Positions 51,209-60,833 of a stretch of 64,000 bases of DNA are shown piece after piece. Position 1 is the first letter of the stretch. Each line of letters opens with the position of its first letter. Both the position numbers and the translations under genes were made by a program. Under the pieces are notes generated by a model that was not told where the DNA came from, did not search any database, and worked only from the letters and a program-made list of their open reading frames with translations. Source of the stretch: Gloeobacterales cyanobacterium (GTDB lineage: Bacteria > Cyanobacteriota > Cyanobacteriia > Gloeobacterales > PMM-0068); NCBI GenBank assembly GCA_038245785.1, contig JBBRSB010000001.1:192001-256000 (forward strand), written 5' to 3'.

Positions 51209-51393
51209 ATTAGGTAGGTGGAATTAAATAGAAGAGTAAGGTCAAGTGGTGAAAGAATTTGTATTAGAGCTTATGCTTAGGGGAGTAGGGCTACCAAGCA
51301 TTGTACGGGCTCCAGGAATAAGCTTCTTCGCGTAGTGTTTTTGCCTCCTCTCAGTTCTAACCCTATACCTGCAACTTCCTCTTCCCAGAGAAG

Positions 51394-51419
51394 GCTCCCT
51401 TCGACTCCGCTCAGGGAGC
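51394..51419. repeat. Short dispersed repeat
   Basis: GCTCCC-TTCGACTCCGCTCA-GGGAGC. Confidence 0.65.
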
Positions 51420-51476
51420 TGTCCCGTAGGGACTGAGGGGTTGGATCATAGCCTTTTGAAGAATAAAACAGCCCTG

Positions 51477-52052
51477 CTAAAACGATGAACCCGGTTGCTG
51501 GAGAAATTCTTCTTCTTCCGCTGTATTGAGCCGTCCCAGAATTTTGTTGCGATGAGGAAAGCGATCAAAGCGCTCAATTACGGCTTTGTGTTTGATGGCA
51601 TAGGCTGTCACATCCTCTATCTGTAATTCCTGCATCCACTGAACAGCCTGATGCTGGTATTCCAAATTCTCACTATGTTCAAAAGGCAGATAGATAAACA
51701 TGCGTCGGATGGACGGTAATTCCTGGTCAAAGCCTTGAGTGATGGCATATTGCGCAACTTTTAGGGCTTGGTCATCGGTGGCAAAGGATTGCGCTTCTCC
51801 CCGAAACATATTGCGTGGAAACTGGTCTAGGAGCAAAATTAAAGCCAGACAGCCCTGAGCATTTTCCTGCCAATCGTTTAGTTTCCCTACGGCGGCCTGT
51901 TCATAATCTGCCTGAAAACAGGTGCGTATAGCCTGATCGAAGTTTGGATCTTTCGTAAACCAAACCCGGCGACGCTGTGCGTATTCAGCTTCTTGGCCTT
52001 GGGCAAACCAAAAGTCTAGAATTTCATCCATGGAAGACATTAGGATGCTCAA
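51477..52052 (-). CDS. DUF924 family protein
   Basis: ILDFWF, LDQFPRNMFR, YLPFEHSE and RFPHRN motifs. Confidence 0.92.
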   Translation of the reverse strand: MSILMSSMDEILDFWFAQGQEAEYAQRRRVWFTKDPNFDQAIRTCFQADYEQAAVGKLNDWQENAQGCLALILLLDQFPRNMFRGEAQSFATDDQALKVAQYAITQGFDQELPSIRRMFIYLPFEHSENLEYQHQAVQWMQELQIEDVTAYAIKHKAVIERFDRFPHRNKILGRLNTAEEEEFLQQPGSSF

Positions 52053-52462
52053 AAGTCTGTTCTTGCTTCTATCGCAATGCCAGAAGGACCTCCTGAACTG
52101 ACATTTCTATTTAGAGGAATGGGACTGCCATAGGGTGAAACAAAACACACACTGCGGCATCGGGATTGAGTGTACTGCTGCTGGAACCGTCTTTGTTCAC
52201 TATTAACTGGGGCCTCAACGCGATTAAACTGCGACTCGGAGGCTCTAAACTCATAAGAGCGGTCCACGGGTCTTCTAATATTTACTCTTTTTTTGACTGC
52301 ACTTTTAGCTGCAGGACCTTTGACTACTGGCCTACCTTGAGGCCGAGTCCGTAACTCAGAGGAGGGTGAAGCCTGGAGCTGAGCCTGGGCAGGGGGAATC
52401 ACGCATAACGCCCCAAGAACGAACAGAATTGCTGTAGCTTTCCCTAATAATTTGAGTAACAC
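52049..52462 (-). CDS. Hypothetical secreted protein
   Basis: Signal peptide ending in PAQA; coupled to the DUF924 gene. Confidence 0.6.
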   Translation of the reverse strand: MLLKLLGKATAILFVLGALCVIPPAQAQLQASPSSELRTRPQGRPVVKGPAAKSAVKKRVNIRRPVDRSYEFRASESQFNRVEAPVNSEQRRFQQQYTQSRCRSVCFVSPYGSPIPLNRNVSSGGPSGIAIEARTDF

Positions 52463-52535
52463 GGCACGCCTTCTACGAGGATGTGTGATAACTACATTGT
52501 AGAAGTTTTTTCTTAATGGTCCTATGCCTTATGGT

Positions 52536-53600
52536 TTAAAGACGTTGGCCGGAGTTGACATCAAACCAATGTATGCACTCCTCAGAAAAACTTAAGTTTA
52601 TCGTCTCTCCACTCCAGGTTTGTTCTGCGGGTAAAAGGGCTCTCAGCGTCTCTCCTGGCTGATTTTCCAGGCGGACACTCAACAGGTTGTGCATCCCTAA
52701 GTTCTCTACTAAATAGACCGTTCCAGGAATGGAGTAGGTATCTCCTGGCTGGGCAATCCGTATATGTTCAGGACGAATACCCAAAACTACTTTAGAAAGA
52801 TTTTTAGACTCTGTCGGAAGAGGTATTTTAACATCAGTGAGCATGGCATAACTACCTTGACAAGGCACAACCAATAAATTCATTTGTGGACTGCCAATAA
52901 ACCCAGCTACGAACTGATTGGCAGGATGAGTATAGATGCGTTGAGGGGTATCCAATTGCTGTAAATTGCCATCATAAAGAACGGCTACTTTCGTGGATAA
53001 AGTCATCGCTTCAGTTTGGTCATGGGTGACATAAACCACAGGTGCTTTCTGGGAAGAAAAGAGTTGTTTAAGCTCAGCCCGTACCCGTTCTCGCAAGAGG
53101 GCATCCAGGTTGCTCAAAGGCTCGTCCAATAAAAATACATCAGGTCTACGGACTAAGGCACGAGCGACGGCGACCCTCTGCCGTTGGCCTCCTGATAGTT
53201 GGCTTGGTTTGCGGTCTAAGAGCGTTTCTAGGCCCAGGAACTTGGCGGTTTCACTAATCCGTTGCTGGATATCGCTATCGGCCAGCTTACGCAACTTCAA
53301 GCCGGAAGCAATATTTTCCTGCACGGTCATATGCGGGTACAGCGCGTAGCTCTGGAAGACCATCGCAATATTGCGCTCTCCTGGTTCCAAACCGCTGACA
53401 TTGCGCCCTTGGATCATCACTTGCCCTCGGGTAGGTTGTTCTAATCCCGCTATCAAGCGCAATATCGTAGACTTGCCACAACCAGAAGGTCCGAGCAAGG
53501 TCAGAAATTCCCCTTCCTCTACACTCAGACTCAGGTCTTTGACCGGAACGCTGGTGGAGTTGTAGGTCTTATTGAGGTCTCGAAGTTCGAGTTTTGCCAT
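52536..53600 (-). CDS. Sugar ABC transporter ATP-binding protein (MalK-like)
   Basis: GPSGCGKST, VFQSYALYPHM, LSGGQRQR and YVTHDQ motifs. Confidence 0.95.
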   Translation of the reverse strand: MAKLELRDLNKTYNSTSVPVKDLSLSVEEGEFLTLLGPSGCGKSTILRLIAGLEQPTRGQVMIQGRNVSGLEPGERNIAMVFQSYALYPHMTVQENIASGLKLRKLADSDIQQRISETAKFLGLETLLDRKPSQLSGGQRQRVAVARALVRRPDVFLLDEPLSNLDALLRERVRAELKQLFSSQKAPVVYVTHDQTEAMTLSTKVAVLYDGNLQQLDTPQRIYTHPANQFVAGFIGSPQMNLLVVPCQGSYAMLTDVKIPLPTESKNLSKVVLGIRPEHIRIAQPGDTYSIPGTVYLVENLGMHNLLSVRLENQPGETLRALLPAEQTWSGETINLSFSEECIHWFDVNSGQRL

Positions 53601-53825
53601 AGTTCTTTTTACCCCATGATGCGCTGTGATGCAGTAACGCCCGAGACAGTGGTGCTGTTCTCAGCCTATCAGAAGCTCTGATGAAGCTTTTTAGCGCCCC
53701 GGCGTTCTGACCGGAAATTGGGGCGTGTCGATATCTGCCGATGGCTGGAATCCCTAGCTAGGTTGTGGGATAGGAGAAAATGGAGGGGTATAATGGACTT
53801 CTTGCATCTTCAGGAGTGGACTTGT

Positions 53826-54668
53826 ATGTTTCCAACTCTTCTAAATAACGATCAGCTCCTGAGTAGCTATCAAAAAAGTCTTAAAGATCTTTTCGAAAAG
53901 TCTTCAAACTCTGGTTTCAACAATGAAATGCATAAAGACTATGAAGAAATTGGATACTTACTGTTTGAGAGCGATTTTGACATAGGAAATTTCAAGCATG
54001 CCCATGAAAAACTAGACAGTTTCTATACAAAATATTCTGATTTTATTGATAGTAATTTAAAAAAATCTCTTGAAAAATTAGAAACAGGTATTAGCCTACT
54101 TCCTGTAATTCGGCCTGCCTTTCTTATTTTGTCTGAGTCTCTGCTTGAGTTTCAAGGTAAAAATTTAGATATTGAAGATCTTAAAAAGTATTGCGCAAGT
54201 TTGACAAGGTTGAAAGATGTTGCAGAGAATTTTATTGAACTGGTCAATTGGCTGGATTCATCAAGCAGAAGAGCTGTAGTTGAAACTTTTGAGGAACTTT
54301 CAGAGGGTTTAGTTCGTTGGGATTTAGGTGAGAGCATTGCTGGTCTACAAGGTGAGCAAGAAATTTTGGACTGTTTAAAATCCATAAAACTATATGCTAA
54401 GTCCATCTTATGGGATATTGAAAGAATTGATAGCTCTTTGGATCTTGAAAACAAGCAAGCACTTAACTTTCCAGAAGTTAAAGCAAATGTTAGCCGTGAG
54501 GAACAGATTTTACGCAATCAGGGAGCTATTAGTTTTCTAAGATCACTTAGAGATATAAAAGTAGATCCTGAGCAATCTAAAATAGATAATGAAGAGTCTG
54601 AGCGTTTAAGAGCTATTCTAGACAGTCATAGACCAGAAGGTCATAAGTTATTCTCAAGCAATGACTAA
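53826..54668 (+). CDS. Hypothetical protein with a C-terminal antitoxin-like segment
   Basis: AT-rich; AGGAG before ATG 53826; C-terminal EEQILRNQGAISFL..LDSHRPEGHKLF; ends 2 nt before the PIN gene. Confidence 0.65.
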   Translation: MFPTLLNNDQLLSSYQKSLKDLFEKSSNSGFNNEMHKDYEEIGYLLFESDFDIGNFKHAHEKLDSFYTKYSDFIDSNLKKSLEKLETGISLLPVIRPAFLILSESLLEFQGKNLDIEDLKKYCASLTRLKDVAENFIELVNWLDSSSRRAVVETFEELSEGLVRWDLGESIAGLQGEQEILDCLKSIKLYAKSILWDIERIDSSLDLENKQALNFPEVKANVSREEQILRNQGAISFLRSLRDIKVDPEQSKIDNEESERLRAILDSHRPEGHKLFSSND

Positions 54669-54670
54669 CA

Positions 54671-55135
54671 GTGATGATTTTTTTAGACACTAACATTCTT
54701 AGCTATCTGACTAATCCCAATGAAAATCAACTTGGTATTGATATCACTAGCTGGTTGGAGCGCATGCTTTCTAGAGCCTATGTAGTGAGTTCTGATATCT
54801 GCGACTATGAAATAAGAAGAAGCTTACTTTTTGACAAAAAGAAATCAGGAGGTGGTTCTGGCTTAAATATTCTTGAGGAATGGAGAACGCGTATCGATTT
54901 TTTGCCAGTTAATCATAATGTTTTTGTCCTAGCTTCAGAATTATGGGCAGAAAATTCAGTTAATGCTCGACCTAATAAAGCCAAAGAAAATATTGATGTT
55001 GATATAATTATTGCGGCTCAGTGGCGACTACTGCAGAATGATCATCCTGGTCAACGTGTTGTGCTTGTAACCGAAAATATAAGAGATTTCCATAAGCTAT
55101 GTGATGTGGATTTATGGCGCAATGTTAATTTCTAG
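54671..55135 (+). CDS. PIN domain (VapC-like) toxin
   Basis: IFLDTNIL, DYEIRR, DVDIIIAAQ and VTENIRDF motifs. Confidence 0.88.
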   Translation: MMIFLDTNILSYLTNPNENQLGIDITSWLERMLSRAYVVSSDICDYEIRRSLLFDKKKSGGGSGLNILEEWRTRIDFLPVNHNVFVLASELWAENSVNARPNKAKENIDVDIIIAAQWRLLQNDHPGQRVVLVTENIRDFHKLCDVDLWRNVNF

Positions 55136-55243
55136 ATCACACTAAGGTTGGTCTCTACAGCCACAGATCCAAAAATTCACTTTCAACTTGGAGATTTGAA
55201 AGCCACAATAGAGACACATGGCTTTCCGTAATCTGGGTACGTT

Positions 55244-55675
55244 ATGCATCATCAGGTACTCTTCCATCTTGCCTTTCCCATTGGTGACATCGACCAAGCA
55301 AAGAAGTTTTACGCTGAGGACTTGGGGTGTGAAATAGGGCGAGAAACGGCTAATTCAGTCATTTTTAATATGCAGGGCCACCAGTTAGTTGCCCATGTGA
55401 CAAAAGAGCCTCTTACTTCCCAAAAAGGCATCTATCCCCGTCATTTTGGCCTAATTTTCAGTGACGAATCAGACTGGCAGGCCCTCCTCAGACATGCAAA
55501 AGAACGAGGACTCCCCTTCTATCAAGAGGCCAAGTTGCGCTACGAGGGTTTACCTCTAGAGCATCGTACATTCTTTCTAGAAGACCCCTTCCATAACCTT
55601 CTGGAGTTTAAGTTTTATCGTCATCATTCGGCAATTTTTGGTCAACAGGGCTATGCGCATATCGGCGATGCTTGA
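55244..55675 (+). CDS. VOC/glyoxalase family protein
   Basis: FHLAFP, PRHFG and FLEDPFHNLLEFK motifs. Confidence 0.9.
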   Translation: MHHQVLFHLAFPIGDIDQAKKFYAEDLGCEIGRETANSVIFNMQGHQLVAHVTKEPLTSQKGIYPRHFGLIFSDESDWQALLRHAKERGLPFYQEAKLRYEGLPLEHRTFFLEDPFHNLLEFKFYRHHSAIFGQQGYAHIGDA

Positions 55676-55694
55676 GCATGGAAGCGCTTGTTGC

Positions 55695-56138
55695 TTACTT
55701 AGAAACTTCCAAATGACGCACTAAAGCCTTTAGTCCCAGGCGATAACTCTCTGCACCAAAGCCCGAAATCTGACCAATGGCTACAGGGGCGATAAATGAA
55801 TGCTGGCGAAAGGCTTCGCGTTTGTAAATATTGCTCAGATGCACTTCTACAAGCGGCAGGCCCACGCCGCTGATGGCATCCCTTAGCGCGACACTGGTAT
55901 GGGTATAGCCGCCAGGATTGAAAACGATCCCATTATGCTGATCGAAGGCTTGCTGAATGGCATCGATCAAGGCCCCTTCATGGTTGGACTGAAAAAAGTT
56001 AACGGACACCCCAAGCTCTAGGGCATCCGTTTTTAAAAGTTCTTCTATATCTTTCAGGGTCATAGACCCATAAATGCCAGGCTCTCGCTGACCTAACAGA
56101 TTTAAGTTAGGGCCATGGAGGATCAGTAAAGAAAGCAA
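55695..56138 (-). CDS. aroQ: Type II 3-dehydroquinate dehydratase
   Basis: [23 protein letters not shown] and EVHLSN motifs. Confidence 0.96.
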   Translation of the reverse strand: MLSLLILHGPNLNLLGQREPGIYGSMTLKDIEELLKTDALELGVSVNFFQSNHEGALIDAIQQAFDQHNGIVFNPGGYTHTSVALRDAISGVGLPLVEVHLSNIYKREAFRQHSFIAPVAIGQISGFGAESYRLGLKALVRHLEVSK

Positions 56139-56144
56139 GGTAGA

Positions 56145-56276
56145 TTAGCGGCGACGGGGGTATTGTTCACGAACTGGCACAGGGATAGGTACAAGATCAG
56201 GCTCAGGAGTAGGGCCGAAAAGCTCGGCGGCTTTTTTCTCCAGTGCTTCGAGAATTTTTTTGAGTGCCTTTCGCAT
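56145..56276 (-). CDS. Small protein (43 aa), below the ORF-track length cutoff
   Basis: Manual translation MRKALKKILEALEKKAAELFGPTPEPDLVPIPVPVREQYPRRR; stop lies 6 nt before the aroQ start. Confidence 0.7.
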   Translation of the reverse strand: MRKALKKILEALEKKAAELFGPTPEPDLVPIPVPVREQYPRRR

Positions 56277-56547
56277 GAGGGGAAATACCCTTTCTAAGAT
56301 ATTGGAGTGCCTAATGAATCTATAGTAGCAGCTCTATTTACTCTGTGTTCAATGTTTATCAGATTCACAAAAAAACCCTGAGAAGCATACGTAGGTAGAT
56401 AAGTGTGAGCACCTGCTGACGTGGAAGCCAATTGGCTGCAGATAGAAGTTTTCGAGGATCTAAGTGATCTCTGACATGGCTCGGGGATCACTTGGATTAA
56501 GAATTTCTGCTCCTAAGTCAAGGAGGAAATTCCCAAAATTTAAGGAT

Positions 56548-57834
56548 TCAGCGCTGGAAGTCTGTCACCGAGCGATCAGTCACAGGGGATAGAAGACGCC
56601 GTAATTGGTCTAGAGCCGACTGGACACTGAGCCAACGGATCCACTCTCGGCTGCGGTCTTCGCCAAAGCTATATTCAAAAGTCTCTGAGACTTCCGGGCC
56701 AACAATGGCGATATGAACCAAACCGACTGGTTTCGCCTCAGTCCCTCCGGTTGGACCCGATACGCCTGTGATCCCGATTCCCCAATCAGCGTGTAGATTT
56801 TTGCGGATTGCTTGAGCCATCTGCAGGGCGACGGGGCTACATACGGCTCCCTGTTCTTCTAGAATTTGAGGGTCCACGCCCAAAAGTTCGGTCTTAATTT
56901 GGTTGCTGTATGCAATCGTCCCGCCTACGAAAAACTGAGAACTGCCGGATGCATCGGTAAGGACTTTTGCTAACCAGCCTCCTGTGCAGGATTCTGCCAC
57001 CGCTAAAGTCTGTCCTCGCTTGGCTAAAAGTTCTCCTCCCACGGACGCTAAGGTCGCTTCATCCTCTCCAAAATAATGAGAGCCTCCCAACTCTTTTAAA
57101 GCTTGGACGGTAGGTTCTATAAGGGTCTTAGCTTGAGCGATATCTGGAGCGGATGCCGTAGCTCTGAGCTTAATCACACCCATGCTGGCATAGGGGGCAA
57201 CGGTTGGATTTTCCTGCTCCAGGAAGATTTGGGCTTTTTCAGCCAGGTCTGATTCACCAATGCCCCAGTAGAGCAAGGTCCGACTATAGAAAACCCGCTG
57301 GCCATAGCGTTGGGCCAAGAAAGGTATTGCCGTTTCTTTCCACATTGCTTTCATCTCGCTGGGCACGCCGGGAAAAGTCAGAATCACAAAATCAGGACGG
57401 GCTTCCCAGACAATCCCTGGAGCAGTTCCGGTGAGATTGGGTAATACCATCGCTCCTTCGGGAAAAGAAGCTTGTTTACGGTTGGAGGGACTCATCACCC
57501 GATTGCGCTTTTGATAGCGCAATTCTAAAGCCTTCAATATTTCAGGATGTTCTATCATCTGCACCCCAAAGTAGGAGGCCAGGGATTCATGGGTTAAGTC
57601 ATCCGGAGTTGGCCCTAGCCCTCCGGTGGTGATCAGCACGCCTGCTTCCCTCTCCTTCATCTGGTCTAGGACTTGATGAATGCGTTCGGTATTGTCCCCC
57701 ACCACAGTTTGGAGAAAATGGGGAATACCGAGTCCTGCCAACTCCTGCGCCAGAAACGTGGCATTCGTATTCACAATCTGACCAAGGAGCAGTTCGCTGC
57801 CAACACACAAAACTTCTGCGGGGAGTAGGGCCAC
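56548..57834 (-). CDS. cinA: Competence/damage-inducible protein A (NMN deamidase fusion)
   Basis: VGSELLLGQIVNTN, TGGLGPTPDD and AESCTGG motifs. Confidence 0.95.
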   Translation of the reverse strand: MALLPAEVLCVGSELLLGQIVNTNATFLAQELAGLGIPHFLQTVVGDNTERIHQVLDQMKEREAGVLITTGGLGPTPDDLTHESLASYFGVQMIEHPEILKALELRYQKRNRVMSPSNRKQASFPEGAMVLPNLTGTAPGIVWEARPDFVILTFPGVPSEMKAMWKETAIPFLAQRYGQRVFYSRTLLYWGIGESDLAEKAQIFLEQENPTVAPYASMGVIKLRATASAPDIAQAKTLIEPTVQALKELGGSHYFGEDEATLASVGGELLAKRGQTLAVAESCTGGWLAKVLTDASGSSQFFVGGTIAYSNQIKTELLGVDPQILEEQGAVCSPVALQMAQAIRKNLHADWGIGITGVSGPTGGTEAKPVGLVHIAIVGPEVSETFEYSFGEDRSREWIRWLSVQSALDQLRRLLSPVTDRSVTDFQR

Positions 57835-58064
57835 GACGTTATCCTTAGCTTTATCGGTGAGTATCCGGGGCTATCTTAATCTAGACGACGAGCTGACTGC
57901 CAAGAATATTCTGGACGGATAACGCTAAGGGCTTGAGGCTATGGTTATTTCCTGCGACTCAAATGTATATATTAATACAGAGGCTCGGTGGATCTTGGCA
58001 CTGACCCGATCTGCAGTCCGTCTTATTTGAAAACCCACTACTTCTTTTCTGCTCGGAGAGGTCG

Positions 58065-58514
58065 ATGAAGCTCGTTACAGCGTTACTCTTACTCACGTTT
58101 TCTGCCTCTTATGCTCTCCCTGGTTTTGCTCAAAAGATTGAGAGTAAGCCTGCCTCTGGGTCTGTTCTAAAAAATCCGGCAGAGCTAACCCTAATTTTTG
58201 ACCCTAGACCCTTGGCCCTAAAAGATTTCTTGTGGACAGAACCCACTGTTCTCGTCAATGGAGTGGATGTGTCTGCAGCAGCCCGAGCTTTTGCTGGAGG
58301 CGCTACTGCGGTGCCTGTAGGGGACGACCAGTTCATCTTGGCAGAGCAAACAGTTGATGACACTACTGCTAGGGTGAAGGTCTATGGGCTACGGGGCAAA
58401 CCAGGACGTCATCGGATCACGATTCAGATCAAACCGAAAGATCCGAAGCAGGCTAAACCCCTTACCTTCGAAGGAAGCTATATGTTGCCTCCGGTCTTGT
58501 CTACAGAGAAATAG
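58065..58514 (+). CDS. Hypothetical secreted protein
   Basis: GGAGAGG RBS, signal peptide and beta-rich body. Confidence 0.65.
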   Translation: MKLVTALLLLTFSASYALPGFAQKIESKPASGSVLKNPAELTLIFDPRPLALKDFLWTEPTVLVNGVDVSAAARAFAGGATAVPVGDDQFILAEQTVDDTTARVKVYGLRGKPGRHRITIQIKPKDPKQAKPLTFEGSYMLPPVLSTEK

Positions 58515-58914
58515 ATGTTCCCAAATAACGTTCAATCAAAACCAAGGCGACCAAGTCATCGTAGGGCGTCGGTGGCGTACGCATCCCTTTAGGCAAAAAA
58601 GCGTTCATCCCTTGGGCCGGATAATAATCCCAGTAACGCTTACGGGCTTCCTCTGAGCTATGGCGCTCATCGACCACAGCGATCGATAGTTCGGGAAAAG
58701 CTGTGCCTATCTTGGTTTGCCATTCCTTAGAACCCGTTTGACTGCCAATCAGGAGTTGCTGGACTTCAAAGCGTGTAAGTAAAGTGCGGAGTTCTTCCAG
58801 GGACTGCTCCGCTGCTATCACTTGCCGATAGCGAACTGAATGGGGATCGACTGCATCCACAATGGCGATGCCACATTTATCTCGTCCTGGATCAAAACCG
58901 ATGAGGTAGGGCAT
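58501..58914 (-). CDS. YqgF/RuvX-like RNase H-fold nuclease
   Basis: GFDPGRDKCG, VDERHSSEEAR and DDLVA motifs. Confidence 0.88.
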   Translation of the reverse strand: MPYLIGFDPGRDKCGIAIVDAVDPHSVRYRQVIAAEQSLEELRTLLTRFEVQQLLIGSQTGSKEWQTKIGTAFPELSIAVVDERHSSEEARKRYWDYYPAQGMNAFLPKGMRTPPTPYDDLVALVLIERYLGTSISL

Positions 58915-58947
58915 ACTGCGCTGGTGAAGTAGCTTACGGACTGAGCA

Positions 58948-59232
58948 CTATAGAATCTTGGGGACCTTAAAGAATTGGTCTTCGCGGTCTGGGGCATTCT
59001 GGAGAATTTCTTCTAAACCTTGCCAAGGAACCAATTCATCTTCGCGGACGATATTCGTCGTTTCAATCGCTCGGGTAGTTGGTTCTACGCCGTTGGTATC
59101 CAATGCAGAAAGTTCTTCTACGTATCCCAAAATATTATTGAGTTGCCCTGTAAATAGCTCTTCTTCGGATTCAGAAAGCTCTAGGCGGGCCAGGTGGGCC
59201 ACTTTTCGAACAGTATCGCGGTCAATCGTCAT
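58948..59232 (-). CDS. gatC: Asp/Glu-tRNA amidotransferase subunit C
   Basis: VRKVAHLARL..VEPT..FFKVPKI. Confidence 0.95.
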   Translation of the reverse strand: MTIDRDTVRKVAHLARLELSESEEELFTGQLNNILGYVEELSALDTNGVEPTTRAIETTNIVREDELVPWQGLEEILQNAPDREDQFFKVPKIL

Positions 59233-59309
59233 GTGGTGATATTAGCATCCCCTAGTGCTTGTAGGTTTTGTGGAGCTAAGATAAAAGAAGAATTATTACT
59301 TCCCTTCCC

Positions 59310-59873
59310 ATGCCCCTCGCTCCTATCGTCTCCAAAGAAAAGTTGGTGGTGCCCCCTTTCGAAGTTTTCACGCTTGGGGACCGGGTTCTGCGCCAAAACA
59401 GCAAGAATGTTACCAGCATCAACGATGAAGTCCGCATGATTGCGCGCAAGATGCTCCAAACGATGTACAGCTATGACGGTATTGGTCTAGCGGCCCCTCA
59501 GTCAGGGATTAATAAGCGGATCATCGTCATCGACACCGACCCCGAAGAGGCGGCTAACCCTTCCTATGTGATGATTAACCCCCAGATTCATGATTTGTCC
59601 AAAGATTTGGAAGTGGGACAGGAAGGATGCTTGAGTGTACCCAATGTGTTCGGCGATGTGCAACGCTCAGCCCAACTGATTGTCAGCTTTAAAGATATCT
59701 ACGGTAAGCCTCAACGCATCAAAGCTTCGGGGCTTTTTGCTCGGGTCATCCAGCACGAAATGGACCATCTAGATGGAGTGTTGTTTGTAGACCGAGTGGA
59801 TAACCAACTGAGTCTGGCCGAAGAACTGAAGAAGCAGAAGTTCAATCCTAAGGACGTGCAGTTTCAGCAGTAA
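59310..59873 (+). CDS. def: Peptide deformylase
   Basis: GIGLAAPQ, EGCLS and QHEMDH motifs. Confidence 0.96.
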   Translation: MPLAPIVSKEKLVVPPFEVFTLGDRVLRQNSKNVTSINDEVRMIARKMLQTMYSYDGIGLAAPQSGINKRIIVIDTDPEEAANPSYVMINPQIHDLSKDLEVGQEGCLSVPNVFGDVQRSAQLIVSFKDIYGKPQRIKASGLFARVIQHEMDHLDGVLFVDRVDNQLSLAEELKKQKFNPKDVQFQQ

Positions 59874-59968
59874 CGGGGCGTTGCAATCTTTTTTAGCTGC
59901 AACTCTTCTGTATCTGTGACAGTTATCTTCAGACTAGCCTCTCACAGACATTGGAGGCGCAATTTGCT

Positions 59969-60018
59969 GAAAGTGCCAAACTAGAAGCAGCGATGTGCAA
60001 AAACCTCAGGAGGTTGGG
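59969..60018 (+). repeat. Exact 50-bp leader repeat, copy 1 (putative promoter plus RBS)
   Basis: GAAAGTGCCAAACTAGAAGCAGCGATGTGCAAAAACCTCAGGAGGTTGGG, ending 3 nt before ATG 60022. Confidence 0.9.
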
Positions 60019-60021
60019 ATT

Positions 60022-60270
60022 ATGAGTCCTCTGCTGGAGCAGATTTTACAAGAAATTGAGCAGCTTAGCCCAGATGAGCAAAAGAAGTTATCTGAACGGC
60101 TAGCAGAACGAATCAAGTCCTTTGAGACAGTGAGTCAGCCGAAACGGAGTTGGCAAGAGTTGAGGGGAATCGCGCCAAACATTCTAGGGGGAAAGGATGC
60201 TCAAGCATGGGTCAATGAGTTGCGGGATGAGTGGGAGGAGCGGGAAATAAGAGTCCAAGAGAATCAATGA
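60022..60270 (+). CDS. Antitoxin (VapB-like)
   Basis: LEQIL..LSPDEQ..SWQELRG..DAQAWVNELRDEW; ATGA overlap with the PIN gene. Confidence 0.78.
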   Translation: MSPLLEQILQEIEQLSPDEQKKLSERLAERIKSFETVSQPKRSWQELRGIAPNILGGKDAQAWVNELRDEWEEREIRVQENQ

Positions 60271-60713
60271 AGGTTAGCGATGCTTTACAGGGCTTGAATC
60301 GGCTCTTCTTAGATTCTGCTCCTGTAATCTACTACATTGACGCGAATCCTGAGTATTTGAGTGTGATGGACAGCATTTTTGATCGTCTAAATTTAGAGCA
60401 GATTCGGGCTGCTACCTCTCCAGTGACGTTGGCAGAATGTTTGGTATTACCCATTCGTCAGAACGATTCAGAGAAACAGCAAGTCTTTATTGATATTCTT
60501 ACGTCAATAGAAACGGCAGATTTTATCAAAACTGATACTGCCATTGCTCAATCTGCAGCAGAAATTCGCGTCAGATATAACTTGAAGTTGCCCGATGCGT
60601 TGCAGATAGCAACCGCAATAGAATCCAACTGTGAGGCGTTTTTAACGAATGATGCCCAACTGAAACGGGTGATGGAACTGCGGGTGCTAGTGATCAGCGA
60701 GTTAGAGGTTTGA
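60267..60713 (+). CDS. VapC PIN-domain toxin
   Basis: FLDSAPVIY, TLAE, LPDALQIATA and FLTND motifs. Confidence 0.9.
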   Translation: MKVSDALQGLNRLFLDSAPVIYYIDANPEYLSVMDSIFDRLNLEQIRAATSPVTLAECLVLPIRQNDSEKQQVFIDILTSIETADFIKTDTAIAQSAAEIRVRYNLKLPDALQIATAIESNCEAFLTNDAQLKRVMELRVLVISELEV

Positions 60714-60780
60714 GAAGCAGATGAACGTTCATGAACTCATCGAAGCTTTATCGCAGTTCGCTCCAGAGAAATAGTTTACA

Positions 60781-60830
60781 GAAAGTGCCAAACTAGAAGC
60801 AGCGATGTGCAAAAACCTCAGGAGGTTGGG
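60781..60830 (+). repeat. Exact 50-bp leader repeat, copy 2
   Basis: Identical to 59969-60018; ends 3 nt before ATG 60834. Confidence 0.9.
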
Positions 60831-60833
60831 GCT

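Noticed and set aside
59995..60833. Shared N-terminus MQKPQEVG in two ORFs
   Set aside because: It comes from a GTG inside the 50-bp leader repeat; the GGAGG RBS points to ATG 60022 and 60834.
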